This document shows positions 22,821 through 35,679 of a DNA stretch of 64,000 nucleotides, one piece after another. Positions within the stretch are counted from its first letter, which is position 1. Each line of letters begins with the position of its first letter. A model generated the notes under the pieces. That model ran no database searches. It saw only the letters and a list, made by a program, of their open reading frames with translations, and had not been told where the DNA came from. Both the position numbers and the translations under genes were made by a program. The stretch is from Anthoceros angustus (Eukaryota; Plantae; Anthocerotophyta): NCBI GenBank assembly GCA_010909165.1, contig MU008166.1, forward strand, positions 806,001 to 870,000, read 5' to 3'.

Positions 22821-25000
22821 AGCTTTCGGCAGTTGAGATGTTAGAACATCTGAAGCAGGGTGCTGGGGAGCTGGACCAGGTTGGGCTTGTCCTTCTTCTG
22901 GCAAATCCGGATAGATTTTGACTGCTCTCTCAGTCTTGCGACTGTTGTGCAGGTTGTGCATTGCCAGCACTTGAGTCCTCATATAGCGCCCTATGGGAGC
23001 TTGCATATTAGGTTGTCTGATTCAGTTGCTGCTGCAGTTAAGCGCTATGGTATCACTAGATTTTACAGCCATCAGGTATTGCTGTTGCTTTTAGCATTTA
23101 GGTACTTATGAAGGTTCTATGACTTGAATTGCGGTGGGAGAATGCTTGGTATACTTTACTGCAACTCTTGGTTTGACCAGGGGTGATTGTCGTGCAGGCA
23201 CAAGCAATCAATACAGCAACTTCTAGGCAGAGTGTCATCATTGCAACATCAACAGCAAGTGGCAAGTCCTTATGTTACAATATTCCTACTTTGGAGGAAC
23301 TTGTTGCCAACCCACATTCGTGTGCCTTGTACTTATTTCCCACCAAGGTACAATGCAATAATGACACTAATTTTTGAGGTGTCACCTGCTCGCATGAAAT
23401 TTTTTTGTTGACGACATGTTTTGGTGAAGGGTTATGTAGACTAGAGAAGCCTTCCTACCTTTCTTCTTCCCCTGCTGTCTGTTACTCCACCAGTAACAAC
23501 AGCAACTGCTAAGGGACAGCTATTTATCCACAGGCATAAGCACAAGATCGATTACGAGCTTTGCAAGAGATGACAGAAGGAATGGTGCCTGTTACTTATA
23601 TGCGAGTATATGACGGTGATACCCATCAAGATCAACGACTGAAGCTCCGAGACTGTGCTAGGCCTGTATGTAATATGATAACCCCCCTGAGTACTCCTTC
23701 ACTTTCCAAGTTGATGTTGCAGAACCTGTATCTGTTAGCTTGAATGCTTATGCATGGCTCACCCAGCAGATCAATGCATAGACATGCTATGTAATAAAGC
23801 CCTTATGGCTGATGCTGTCTCTCATGTCAGCGGATGATGCTTGACAGTTGATCACAAATCCAGACATGTTGCATGTCCGAATTTTACCTTCACATGAACA
23901 ATTTCATCGGTTCCTATCAAACCTGAGGTCTGTGAACTCATCATAGCATGGATTCCTATGAACTCGAAATGCAGAGAAAGGCCATACAGTGGCTCAGTAT
24001 TGTGTGTCACGGAGTGCAATTTGTGCATGTGTGCAGATATGTGGTGGTTGATGAAGCACATGCATACCGAGGAGCAGTTGGCTGCCATACAGCAATGATT
24101 CTGAGGCATCTGCAGCGTCTTTGTCATCACTGTGAGATTTTTTTTTTTTTCCTTGAATGATCTCTAGGAAAGCACGCAGATCTGGCTGACATGTTGAAAC
24201 AGTGCAAGCTTTTGACTCCTAGACTTTTGTTTTGCAGCATATGTAGCCGAACTGACACTCATCATTTGCAGCGCCACAATGGCCAATCCTCGTCAACATG
24301 CAATGGTCTGCTGCTTACCCATGGACGAATTGTGAAAACTATTTGTAATCCTGCAGATTCCATGACTTTTATGCATATTTTGTTGGTCAACCACCGAAGT
24401 GAGCTTCATGCATTTTATCCCCTTGCAGGAACTTGTTGGCCTTAGGGACATCCACGTGGTAGAGAATGGTGGAAGCCTTTGTGGTGAAAAACTGTTCGCC
24501 TTTTGGAATCCTCCAATCGTTTTCACTCAAGTATGTTCTCATCTCAGTTGCTTTCTCATGCTCCATCGAAACTAAGTTGTTCATTCTTGTTGACAATATT
24601 TTGCGGTGTTCAAAAGCTTATCAACGCTTCAAAATCATGTGTGAATTGGGTATCAAATTCTCATGTTGCTACTGCAGCCTCCACCACGTGTTGCTCGAAG
24701 GAATAATCAAAACAGGGGCTGTGGAGAGGCTATTCCTCAAATGAGACGCGCAAGGTGTTCCCTCTTCACATCCTGAATTAGATCTTTAGTGCTTTTCTCT
24801 TAATTTTCCATTTTTCATTCAGGCAGCAAATTGTACAACTAGGACAACCGCTTTGAGTACTAAATGCATCTAGGTGACTGTATGCATACTCATTGCAGCC
24901 CCATTGTTGAGGTAGCAACGCTTTTGGAAGAGATGGTATAGTATGCACGATCTGACACAGAAAATTGATATTGCATATCGTCAACATGATGAACTTTTTC
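22821..25000 (+). pseudogene. HRQ1: HRQ1-like DEAH helicase pseudogene, multi-exon and 3'-truncated
   Basis: [58 protein letters not shown] and FWNPP in spliced exons; in-frame TAA at 23537-23539. Confidence 0.85.
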
Positions 25001-25300
25001 AAGGTTTGTCTAGTCTTATAATTTTCCGTTATATTCTTACCAGAGAAGAACTCATGCTTACCCAAAAGCATATCCTGACCTGCACGTTATCTGCAATAAC
25101 TACAGGCACCTCAAGCAATTAGGAGGCACCTATGGATGAAGAGTCTCCATTTCTGCAAGTGGTGTTGAGATCCAACACTCTTTGCTTGCAAATTTATGAT
25201 AAGGAGGGCTCCATTAAGTGCTGCTCTCTCATTGGCGCCACGCTACTCAAACTTTGGTCCAGCTATGACACTAGACGTTTGATCTTTTGGCCTGCACATC

Positions 25301-25318
25301 TATATATATATATGTATA

Positions 25319-25369
<51 letters not shown>

Positions 25370-25497
25370 GTATATATATATATATACATATATATATACA
25401 TATGTATATATATGTATATATATATATATATATACATATATATACATATATATATATATATACATATATATATATGTATATATGTATATATGTATAG
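25301..25497. repeat. Imperfect (TA)n microsatellite of about 200 bp
   Basis: Direct reading. Confidence 0.97.
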
Positions 25498-25699
25498 CCC
25501 TAGGTTTTTTCCAGCTCTTTTGTCCGATACTTGCTCCACCTTAATATCGATTAATGTGAGCGTGAAAGGTTATGTACAGTTGCATGCCATGAGGCAAAAC
25601 ACTGTAGTATGTGTCACCGTTTTGTTGGATACCGATTGGTATGCAACTTAATACTAAGCGTGCCCTAAAGGGCTGACCTTACTTAACTTAACATGCCCT

Positions 25700-26260
25700 A
25701 CCTGTGGGTAGTACAATTGAAGTGTTTGAGAAAGGCAGACAAGACTCTGTAGGTTTTTTTGGTTCGTGAAAGGAGATACTGTGGATTGGTGAAGGTGGAT
25801 GACAACAGGCTTGAGACATGAAGGAGTTCCCGGTGAGGCCCAGCCCCATCACTCCCGAGATGTCGATCTCTTGGTTAACGGCAATGTTGTAGTCTTGCGG
25901 GACAGTTTGCAGGGTGAGACCGCTGAAGTCTGAGGCAAAATCGTTCAGTGAGGACATTGTCATGACATCGCGTAAGTAGATCCCTTGGTTCTCGATGGCC
26001 CATATCTGCTCGTTGCTTCTGACGTTGTAGCAATTTGTTGGATTGTCGTTTGCAGAGTGCAAAGAAAGGCAATTTCACGAGGGAATGTCGGAAACGGACA
26101 GCCTGAGCTGGTGGGTACAAGAATTCATGCGTGCAATTGGGCAGCCCATTTACCTCCCAAATACACATGGATGTCCTGGCACTCTTGACTCGTGCAATTG
26201 AATTGCCTGTAGGTGCTGGACTCGTCAGGGATGCACGCGGTCTCCAGAGATCGTGAAAGC
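25700..26260 (-). pseudogene. Aspartic protease N-lobe fragment
   Basis: PDESSTYRQFNCTSQEC, QGIYLRDVMT and ISGVMGLGLTGNSFMSQ; frameshifted. Confidence 0.7.
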
Positions 26261-28600
26261 AGCAGTGTATGCAATTTTTGGACGGGGAGTCGGATGACGA
26301 GAGCCAATGGAGGATGTGTCAGTCCGACAGCGAAGGCGAGCCGGAAGATTGCTGGGATGAGAAGGTGAGGGTCAACGCTGTGGCACCTGCAGACACGAGG
26401 CTTTATGGACGATGTCTCACAACTACTGGCTTAGGGTTTGGCGGACAAGAGGTGAGCAACCAGGTGTCAATCGGGGTGACTCTGGCGGCTAACCATACAT
26501 TTCGATTGTGCCTGACAGCCAGAAGCCCACGTTGGTCTAAATTTGTTCAGCATGGGAAGAGTGCGCCCAATTTGCCCCAAGATGCTACTGTTGTGCCGTC
26601 AACCCTCGTTCAGGCTAAACAGACACCTTTGTCTGAAACCCTAGAAGATGGTGAGCATCATCATGAGGATCAGTGTCCCATGGATTGTGATGTTGGGGAG
26701 GAGGCGCAACCGGGGGACAGCAGCAAGATGTTGACGCGAATGCGCCTCAACATCCACATTTAAAGAAAATGCCTCAATAGGCAGATCAATTGCAGCACCC
26801 GAATGCGCCTCATCTTCCTCGTGAAGTCTTGGATGAGGAAGATAGAACCGCTCATTCTAGAAGAATGCCATGTTATGGACAAGAAGGGCCCAAGGGGTCC
26901 CAAGCGGAAACGAAAGCCAGAGTTGGAACACGAGGTGCTCCTAGAACACCTCCACCCGGCAAGTAAGGTTTTAATATTGATATAATATTTGAAGGAAATT
27001 TAGGGCCATGGTCGGCCATGCACCCTTTGTGGAAAGCAGACCATGCTTGCATTCAGGCCTGGATATTTAGGCCGGCACGGCTTGAATATTTCAGGCTTGT
27101 ATAATACATGCTATGAAGATTGTTTGAGGTTGAATATTTCAAGCCTGAGATTTTAAGGCTTTCAGTCCATAGGGGACGGGTTTCGTTCTGGTTTGGGTGA
27201 TTGCTTAACCATGTTGCTATTGTTGTGCAAGTTTTTCTACCAGGACTCTCCCAAATTCTTGCCCATGAAGGACCGGGTGCATTATACCATCCGATGGCTT
27301 TGCAACCCTCTCATTAGTGTCTTTTGGAAGCAGACCAAAGCCACCATGGTTCATGTGGAACAATGCATCAGGCAGACGATTTCTGGACCTTGGTCACTTG
27401 AAGCCATTGTGTTGCAGTCTTTTGGCTCTAATTTGGAGCATTGGCGGAACAATGTCATGAACAAGGCCCGGAAGTTTTTGGTAGGTCAGAAGAGAAATCC
27501 AAGCTAGGTTCCAAAGAGTGTGAAGCCGGAGCATTGGGAGGTGTTCTTGAGGGAAGAAAAGGAGAAGATGGATGGCGTCGTAGCCCCTACCCAGCAGAAA
27601 ATTGCTGCCATGAAGAGGATGAAGGATAAGGGTAGCAACACCTACAGATGCTTTGGGCATGGGGGGCAGCGAGGGTTTTTGGACAGATGTATAAGAATAT
27701 TTGGAAGGGAACCAACAGTTGATGAGATCAGAGCTGTTGGCAGCAAACACGGAAACTAGCTGGTGAAGCTGCGAGTGTTTTGGATTAATTCCTAAAAAGC
27801 AAGTCCTGTTTTGGGTCCCCAGGCTAACTCACAGGGGGGTTGACAAGGCTATTAACGTGTGGAACCTGTTGGTTGAGGCAGCTTGTCCACCCGACGAATG
27901 CGATGGCAAGGTCATGGATGCCATTCTCAAAAACAATATTTTGGATGACGGGTGGATGGTGGAGTGACCTTCCGCGTAAAGTGGCCAAGGATGCAGAGAA
28001 AGCCTCAGCATAAGTAAGATTCAAGGATGATGCTTTTGTCTCCATTTTCATGTTCCACGGTCAGGGTGAAAACTCTTCTCCCATAGACTGATTTTCTGGG
28101 TGTGAAATTTCATGTAGAAGGCCTGGTCTTGTGGGGGCAGTGTCATGGAGTTGCGAGCTGGGCGTGGAGTACTGCTTTAGTGTACTCTGTGGTTTGTAGG
28201 GGAGGAGGTGCAGGTGTAGTGCGTTGTAGGATCTATATTGGGTTTGCAACACTGGTTTTTGAATTTGAGTACACTTTTACTACATTCCTTTTACTACGGA
28301 TTTTTACAACGGCTCCCTTTACAACAGAACCAATAGGACTTTACGATGGAGGCCTTTACAACAGAGCCCTAGAGACTTTACAACGAAGGACTTTACAACA
28401 GAACCTTGTGGGACGTTACAACGGAGGACTTTACAACGAACTTTGGGTTACGGAATCATGGTTAGTTAATTGTAGCTAATTAGTGGTTACTATTAATATA
28501 GTAACCTATGTCAACTTTATGATTACTATTAATATTTTATTATAGTAGTAGTGATACTTGTAGTGAAATATGTAATAATGTTTGTAGTAAAAATATACTT
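26260..28600 (+). mobile_element. Probable CACTA-derived insertion with a TnpA/Ptta-like remnant and subterminal repeats
   Basis: ORF pieces 27193-27759 (KPEHWEVF...GHGGQRG...GREPT); about eight TTTACAAC motifs at 28300-28440; TAGTAGTG end at 28553; left end not found. Confidence 0.45.
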
Positions 28601-29031
28601 TTCCTAGGAGTGTTTGCCTGCCATGTCCACACCCAGCTGGTACACGGCTGAGGAGGCGTGCGAGTTGGATATCCACCATGTATTCCCCTTTGCTGCCATT
28701 GTAACAATCACATGACCCGGTGCCGAAGCTGGCGTCATCTGGGTGATAGACCTTGACCTTGACTGTGTTTGCATCGATCACTGCCTTCAGATGTGCTATT
28801 CGGAGATCACCTCTGCGTATCGCGGTCTGCACGTCAGGCCTGACTCGGAGGCCGTTTCCCCCATCGTCCCGACTCGGAGCTCTGATTGGCATGGAAGTGT
28901 CGTCTGGTTAGGCGCAGTTTGAATCCATCTGCAGGCTTCTGTTCTCTGCCGAGGAGGCTGGCTTCAGCCGGGGAAGCAGGAAGTTGAAGACTGCTTGACG
29001 CGAAGAGTATTGTGAAAAGGACAATCGCCAT
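28600..29031 (-). pseudogene. Aspartic protease N-terminal fragment (signal peptide, prosegment)
   Basis: MAIVLFTILFASSSL, GFKLRLTRRHF and GEYMVDIQL, then TPPQ after a frameshift. Confidence 0.7.
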
Positions 29032-29084
29032 GCTGGGTAGTGGGTAGGCTTGGAGATGGGAGTGCAACTGGAGAGGCTCAGCAT

Positions 29085-29790
29085 TCAAGGAAAGACAGGC
29101 GTGGGCCTGAATATCATCTCTCGGTTGTCAGATCAGCTTCTGGTTCGACAGACACTTCACCCAAAGCTTGCCCAAATCCAAGAACAATAGGTCACCACGC
29201 AAACCCAATTTTGAAAGGGACAGTTTCCAATACCTTGAATGGGATCACAGGTTTGTGCTTTCACCTGCACAAAAGATTTGCCGTTTTAAGTCAGGACACG
29301 GCGACGAGAAGGAGAAGAGATTTCAAGCGTACTTGGGGTTTCAAAGGAGCTATATCAAGTGCATGGAAGATGGGCGCAGGCATCGCTAGGGAATGTTTGT
29401 GCTACGGTCGGGAGATGGAAGTGCTACTGGGGGAGCTCAGCATTGAAGGAAAAACAGGGCCTGAATATCATCTCACGGTTGTCAAATCAGCTTCTGAATC
29501 GCAGACACTTCACCCAACGCTTGCGCAAATCCAAGAACAACAGGTCTGCACGCAAAGCCAAATTTGAAAGGGACGGTTCTCAATTCCTTGAATAGGATTA
29601 CAGATTCGTGCTTTCACCAGCAATTGCCAGCAATGGTGGACAAAAGATGGCAGCCGTTTTCCTGAAATCTTGGACAACTGGTTGAGAAGGAGAGGAGATT
29701 TCAAGGTTTCTTGGGGTTTCAAAGGAGCTACATCAAGTGTATGCAAGCTGGGCGCAGGCATTGCTAGGGAATGTCTGTGCGACGGTCCTA
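29085..29790 (+). repeat. Diverged tandem duplication with a period of about 355 bp, coding-like, unassigned
   Basis: GGCCTGAATATCATCTC...CAAATCCAAGAACAA at about 29103 and 29458. Confidence 0.8.
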
Positions 29791-29888
29791 CCGAAGGGAC
29801 TCTTGCTATTTTGTTGTCCATTGGATGTCTGGTCAGAATGTCACGGAAGTAAACACTAGCTAAGATTGCGTGTATGAGAAATCGATGA

Positions 29889-31697
29889 TCAAGCGGAACC
29901 GCATTGCACAGGATGGCTCCATCCAACCCTCTGGCCCTGTAAGTCGTATACTATGTGACGATTTTGCTGCTGCGTATTCCCCAAGATGGCAGGCTCTTCG
30001 TAACTGGTTTGCAGCATGAGGAGACACGCAATATCGTAGCCGTACCCAATATTCCCAAAAACGTTCTCTTGTGCAAGGTTCATGATGGCTCCTCCAGCGA
30101 ATGCGAAACTCACTTCCGGAAATGTTGGATTTGAGACATCAGAAAGATCGTAGCAAAGAAAATTATCCCCAACGTACGAAGTTGTGGGATAGGAGACAGC
30201 AGCTTGAATTGCCTGGACAAGAGGATTGTAAGCGGCCGCGTAGAGGTAGGTGAAAGTGGTTCCAGAGTCGAAGATGAATCCTCCACTTCCTGCATGACCA
30301 ACGTTAACCCAACCGTGACTCATCAGGCACTTGCAAGAGAATGATTCTGACTGTCTCAAAGTACTGGTGTGAGTTGGAGAGCAAGTGGGCACCATCATTC
30401 TGGATGTCAAACGTCCCTTGTGCTATGGACAGTTGTTGGCCTCCAACAGAGATGGAGTCTACACCAACGTAGTAGTGGCCTGCTTCGTTGCTGACGAGAG
30501 GAGTGAACTGGTCTATGCTGGAGATGGCATCACTGCCAAAGATCAAAGGACTTGTTGGAGTCGACGGACCATCCCAGGTCTCTACGTTCACTAAGCAGTA
30601 AGAGAAAATGCTCCCTTCCTCTGGAGCCACCTGAGCCAGACGAAAACAGTGACATACTTACATTGTGAGATCATTCCTTGTTGAGTTTAACTGGTTTACA
30701 AAAGGTCATTGGTTGTAACAGAAAGGTCAGATTGCTGGTAACATAAGATGGTCGACTATCCGAGATATACCTGAGATGCAAATGAAATAGCTCCCATCCC
30801 AAGTCCCATAAGGCCATCGACATCTGCAAATTCTCCACTGACGGCGTTGCTGTGTCCGAAGACAAAGTCTGGCAGAAGATTTCTCTGCTCATCTCCTTCT
30901 TCAGGTAGTGTAACGACGTCATAGGAAAGCACACCTGACGTGCTTGCTCCATCTTCATAGCGGTAATCGAAGTTGCAAACATTGCCTACAAGCACAAGAC
31001 GGGAGTTGTGGAACAGGCCTCCATCTCCAACGTAGTCTGACAAAATAATGTGCAACAGGTTCTTACCTTGGCATTGCATCGATTCTTCGTTCGAGCACAT
31101 AACATCTGCACAGCTCGGCACTCTGTAAGTTGATGAAAGGGCAGCATTGAAATGATTTGGTCCACCACCATTCACCCATACCAAATTGCTCCCGGTGTCC
31201 ATAATCAGCCTCACATTCTGGGGAGGGGTCCCAAGAAGAAAATCCACCACGTATCCTCCGGGTGCGGCGTACGTAGGGGAAGCATACTCGGGGTTGTTGA
31301 CCTTGTTGTTGCGGTGGGCTCTAGGATGATGGTTCCCGGTTAGCCTCTTCCGCCTGCGTTCACTTCGGTCCAGTACTTCTTGGAAATAGGCAGTCAGTTT
31401 GAATTTTCCGTTCACAGCAAAGTTGCTGCTGGACTGAGACTGATTACCTCCCTTGTCAGCATTGAAGCTTCTTCTTGAAAGCCTAAACTGCAGTCTCTTC
31501 GGTTCCTTCTGAGCCTGGTAGCTGCTGGTGTGCTGGGCACTTGAAAGCTGTGTGGGCCGTTCAACATCATCTGTCTCGAACACATCAGGATGCAACCTTA
31601 TGGCAGTAGTCACAAAAAATACTGAACACAGAGCTACACAAAGAACAAATCTGCTGCTTCCTCTGCTGAGATGGAAGTGGCATAGTGGTAGTCCCAT
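29889..31697 (-). CDS. Intact secreted A1 aspartic protease (nepenthesin/CDR1-like), 4 exons
   Basis: Exons 31697-31067, 30985-30771, 30630-30393 and 30289-29889 have compatible phases; catalytic DTGS and DSGTT; YVVDFLLGTPPQ; ILGNTQQQN. Confidence 0.92.
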
Positions 31698-32399
31698 GAT
31701 GTTGCGAAATAGTTGGGTTGCAGATTGCTGGAGAGAATCTAGGTGTGACCTCACGGAGAAGTCAGGAATGTGAAAGGCTGAATGGTCTAGACTGTTACTG
31801 CAAGTCCTCTGGGAAGCCAAACAAGGATGTCGCCCAAATTGGAGGCTGGTGCTTTATAAGGTATGTCTTCCAGTTCGGAAGATCACCAATTCAGGTGGGC
31901 ATCCAGACGGTAGGAGTTGACATTGACAACTGTTAAGAGCCGGGATTGGGAGCGTGATATACCCACCAACTGGCAGACGGGCTACTTTTAACATCTTGCA
32001 AGGTTCCTTTGGAAGGTGGGACTGGTTAAGCATGGGAGATGCAGCCATTTCTTGGGTCGGTCTTCACCTATGTGCATAAGGGAACAGTTGAACAGCCCTG
32101 ATTTCAATTATGACAGCAAATGTCAATATCAATCACCAACACGGCAGTCAGTCACACCGTGTGTCGCCATCCATCACCAAAAACTGTTCTTCTCGCTTTC
32201 CTCCTGAGAATGACGGCTGTGAAACTTATGCTCCGTATGTTGTATGTATACAAAAGCTGGGCTCAATCTTCCTCAGCAACATGCGCACACGTTAGACACT
32301 GAATATTGCAACCCTTCCCGACGATTTTAGCGAAAGCGTTCTTATGGCACAAGAAGTGATTTACCACAGCACTCAATTGCAATGTATGTCGATGTCAAA

Positions 32400-32883
32400 G
32401 CACGAGAGCGTTTCTTGTGCTGTGCAGAAGGACTAGGAACAGCTTTTCCACGTTCCAGCTTTCAAACTTCGTTCAGACTGCGTTTCAGGCCTCTTGCGGT
32501 GGAATCCACAAGAGCCACTTCGAAACCGTTGTGAATTTCTGCAACCCTATGAGTCCCCAGTCCAAAGCTTGGCCAACAACAGGACATTCCACAAACTCCG
32601 TACCAACATATACTCGCTCAGCTGATGGTAGCAGGATGCAATAAAATTGAAGACTGATCAGCGCTCTTGTAAGCACTGAAGCTCTTTTAAAAAGCCTCAA
32701 CCGCACTCCACAGAGCCATGATGGTAACTGTGAGCGTTTGCAATCAGCTTTGCGGGAATCCGTGCAGCATCGTTCAGGAACAGGCCTGTGTCCAGCCTTC
32801 TTGCAATGTATTGAAGGTGACAGGATGAAGCCTGAGAACAGCAACAGGGAAAGCAAATCTGCTGTGGTCCAATAGCACTCCAA
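32400..32883 (-). pseudogene. Degraded aspartic protease 5' remnant
   Basis: Hydrophobic leader, and QKFTTV..LLWIP resembling QKF..VFDTGSDLLW. Confidence 0.4.
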
Positions 32884-33919
32884 AAGATGGAACCTCGGTC
32901 AGACACTCACAGCAGAACAGGCTTCGAAGCACTTCAGAAGGTTAGGAAGGACTTCAGACGCTTAGGCCCCAAGAGGAAATAATAGAGACAGACTGTCCAT
33001 GTGATGTCTGTCAAGCACTCTGGAAATCCAGACCTGTAGGAGAGGATGCCAACATGGCCGGAGGCTGATGCTCTAGAAGGCTGGCTTGCCATACAAGTTC
33101 ACTAGTGTTGATGGATCACGGCCCACCGGTAGTCCCTCTGGAACAAAGCTGATAACTGTCCTTGTTACAAGCTTCCCTGCATGTGGGCTGGTGACCGTTC
33201 CATCTTCTAAGACACCTTATTGCTTATAACACAACTGTCTACCATAGATTTGTGTCATTCCTTTGCCATTGCAAATTATGCGATCTCTCCAGAGTTTCGA
33301 GATGATAAAAGGTGGGACTTGTTAAGCACACACACTTCACTTGCCGATCTAAAGATCCCCACCCATCTCCAAGGCGGTACAGTGGGTATATTGTGCCCGT
33401 TTTCTAAACAGGTATCTACTCGGAATCTCCCAAATAGAACAATAAACATATACGCTATATCTATTGTGATGGTTTTTTGATATTGAAACCTACTAAGGTT
33501 CGGTTCGTCCTCCTTGAAAATTGTCCAGCTAGCGCATCGAGAAGGGAAAGTTAGTACCTCTATATATATGCATGCTACGGGGCTAAAGCTAAAGGGAAGT
33601 TAGTACGAAGAAAAGAGTTAGGCCTTCGAGGGCAAACGTTTAAGTCAATTTATCCTCTAGTAGCTGTTGGCCCTAAAAAGTTTGTCGAGGTAGCTCGTTT
33701 TTCAAGCCGCCTCTCCTTCACACTCTTTCTTTTTGGGCGTGTCGTTGACGCGTGACGGGCTTGCCTCCTTGCTCGCGCTGCGTCATTTGGTCTCGCTGGT
33801 GAGATTTTGGCTTCTCCGTTTGTTCAAGCTCAAGAGTTTTTTTTTTTGTTGCAGTGAATGGCACTCATTCCGCTTGTTACTTGTTCGGATGTTCGATCAG
33901 GTGCAGTAGTCTGTAAGCC

Positions 33920-34117
33920 ATGGATTCATCTGTGAAGCTGGCGGTCGTGGTTAAGGTGATTGGGCGCACGGGTTCCAGGGGACAGGTCACCCAGGTGCGT
34001 GTGAAGTTTCTGGATGACCAGAACCGGCTGATCATGAGAAACGTAAAGGGGCCGGTCCGAGAAGGTGACATCCTCACTCTGCTTGAGTCGGAGAGGGAGG
34101 CAAGGAGGCTTCGGTGA
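33920..34117 (+). CDS. RPS28: 40S ribosomal protein S28
   Basis: [56 protein letters not shown]. Confidence 0.98.
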   Translation: MDSSVKLAVVVKVIGRTGSRGQVTQVRVKFLDDQNRLIMRNVKGPVREGDILTLLESEREARRLR

Positions 34118-34326
34118 TGCGAGGTGTTGGACTGGATGGCTAGGGTTTTGACAGTCCATCCGTTGTCAGCGGCAACAGCGATAAAGAGCGGGGTCCCTTT
34201 ATTATTTGGTGTCGTGGAAGAGGACTGTCGGAGTTGCAGACCGTGGATAGGAGTTTCATGGTGTAGAGCCTGAGTCATCAGGCGTCACTTGAGTTTTGTA
34301 GTGTAATTTTGGTGGTTGTCTCAAGG

Positions 34327-34790
34327 GCAGCCAGAGAAATTGAGAGGTGTGAATTCGCATCCTTGTTTCCTTTGGAATGGTTGAGTCGATCGTGCTATGG
34401 CTGATTCGAGAACGGGCCCTGTTTCATGCCCCGGTGATTAGGGTTGGCTTGTTTTGAATATCCGCACTCTTTGACGTCCTCTGAAGTGGGCACAGTAGGG
34501 TTGTATGGTGGTGGTCAGTAAGCGGACCTGATCAAACCAGCGATATCGACTTTCCACCGATCAAGGTATCCGTTCACTATTTCTGAAGGGGAGCCAGAGA
34601 AATTGAGAGATGTGAATTCGCACTCTTGTTTCATTTCGAATGGTAGAGTTGATCGTGCTACGGCTGGTTCAAGAATGGGCCCTAGGGCGTCTCAGGCCCG
34701 GTGATTAGGGTTGGCTTGTTCTGAATACCCGCCCTCTTGACTGGTGATCAGCAAGCGGAGCTGATCTAACCAGCAATATCGACTTTCCAC
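34327..34790. repeat. Diverged tandem duplication with a period of about 265 bp downstream of RPS28
   Basis: GCCAGAGAAATTGAGAG...GGGCCCT...ATATCGACTTTCCACC occurs twice. Confidence 0.8.
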
Positions 34791-35679
34791 CAAACAGGAC
34801 ACCCGGAACCACGGCGAAACAAGCTGGGCTCAAACCGGACGTGATGAAACAGGTTTTGGATCAGATGATTCCCACGGTATCGAGGGACCGTGTTCGATGA
34901 TTCTCGAAAATGTAGAAGTAACCTCTACCACCCTGTGTCGATCTCTAGCACCCTATATCAATGTCTAGCACCCTATATCAATCTCTAGCACCCTATGGCA
35001 CCCTTGTCTCTGAGGTCAGGTCAGACGAAGGTAGCTCGGGGCCTGCCTTGCCTCCTGTTGCTACGGCATGTGCATTTCCAGCTAGGTTCCTCTGTCCCAA
35101 TCTCTATTCAAACGCAGCCTGCCATAACAACGAATGACTAGAAGCTAGAACATGGAATGCTCTCGTTTACCTCCACTGACCGATACAGTACTTCGTACCA
35201 TTTCACAGTACTTCGTACCATTTCACAGGGCTTCTCTGTCCGAAATAGCACCCCGAAACGCTTATGGTAGTTGTTGCTCCCTTGCAGATTTCAAGGATTG
35301 ATTGATTTCCAAATAACAATCAGAATTCAGCGTCATGGACGAGACATGAATTTACATACAAGTTAGGTCCAACCATCATGGTCGCGACCTCATATTCCTA
35401 GGCCAACAAGCAGGTCCTTCACCATCAACCGTTAGTACCTCCCACTTGAATGTCCAAAAAAAGGGCCCCAGTTCCCTGACCAGATCCCCACAACTCTGAA
35501 GGGTCCTTCCCAGCCAGACCCTGATCAGAGGAAAAACCTGAGCATCCATCGTGCCCAGCAAAAACGACACTACTCAGGTGTCAAAAAATCCCCAGTGCAA
35601 GCCCATCTTCTAGGCTCCACTTACACAGACGCAAGCTCATTCTTAACGCAGAGAAAAAACCCAGTTCCCCGGGTCCAAG

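Noticed and set aside
25271-25651. YI/IY-repeat ORFs on both strands
   Set aside because: Artefacts of the (TA)n microsatellite
28290-28445. CRISPR-like repeat-spacer array
   Set aside because: Repeats are only about 8 bp, spacers are short and irregular, the context is eukaryotic and there are no cas genes; better explained as TE subterminal repeats
28595-28610. Helitron 3' CTAG end
   Set aside because: CTAG is followed by G rather than T and there is no clear upstream hairpin
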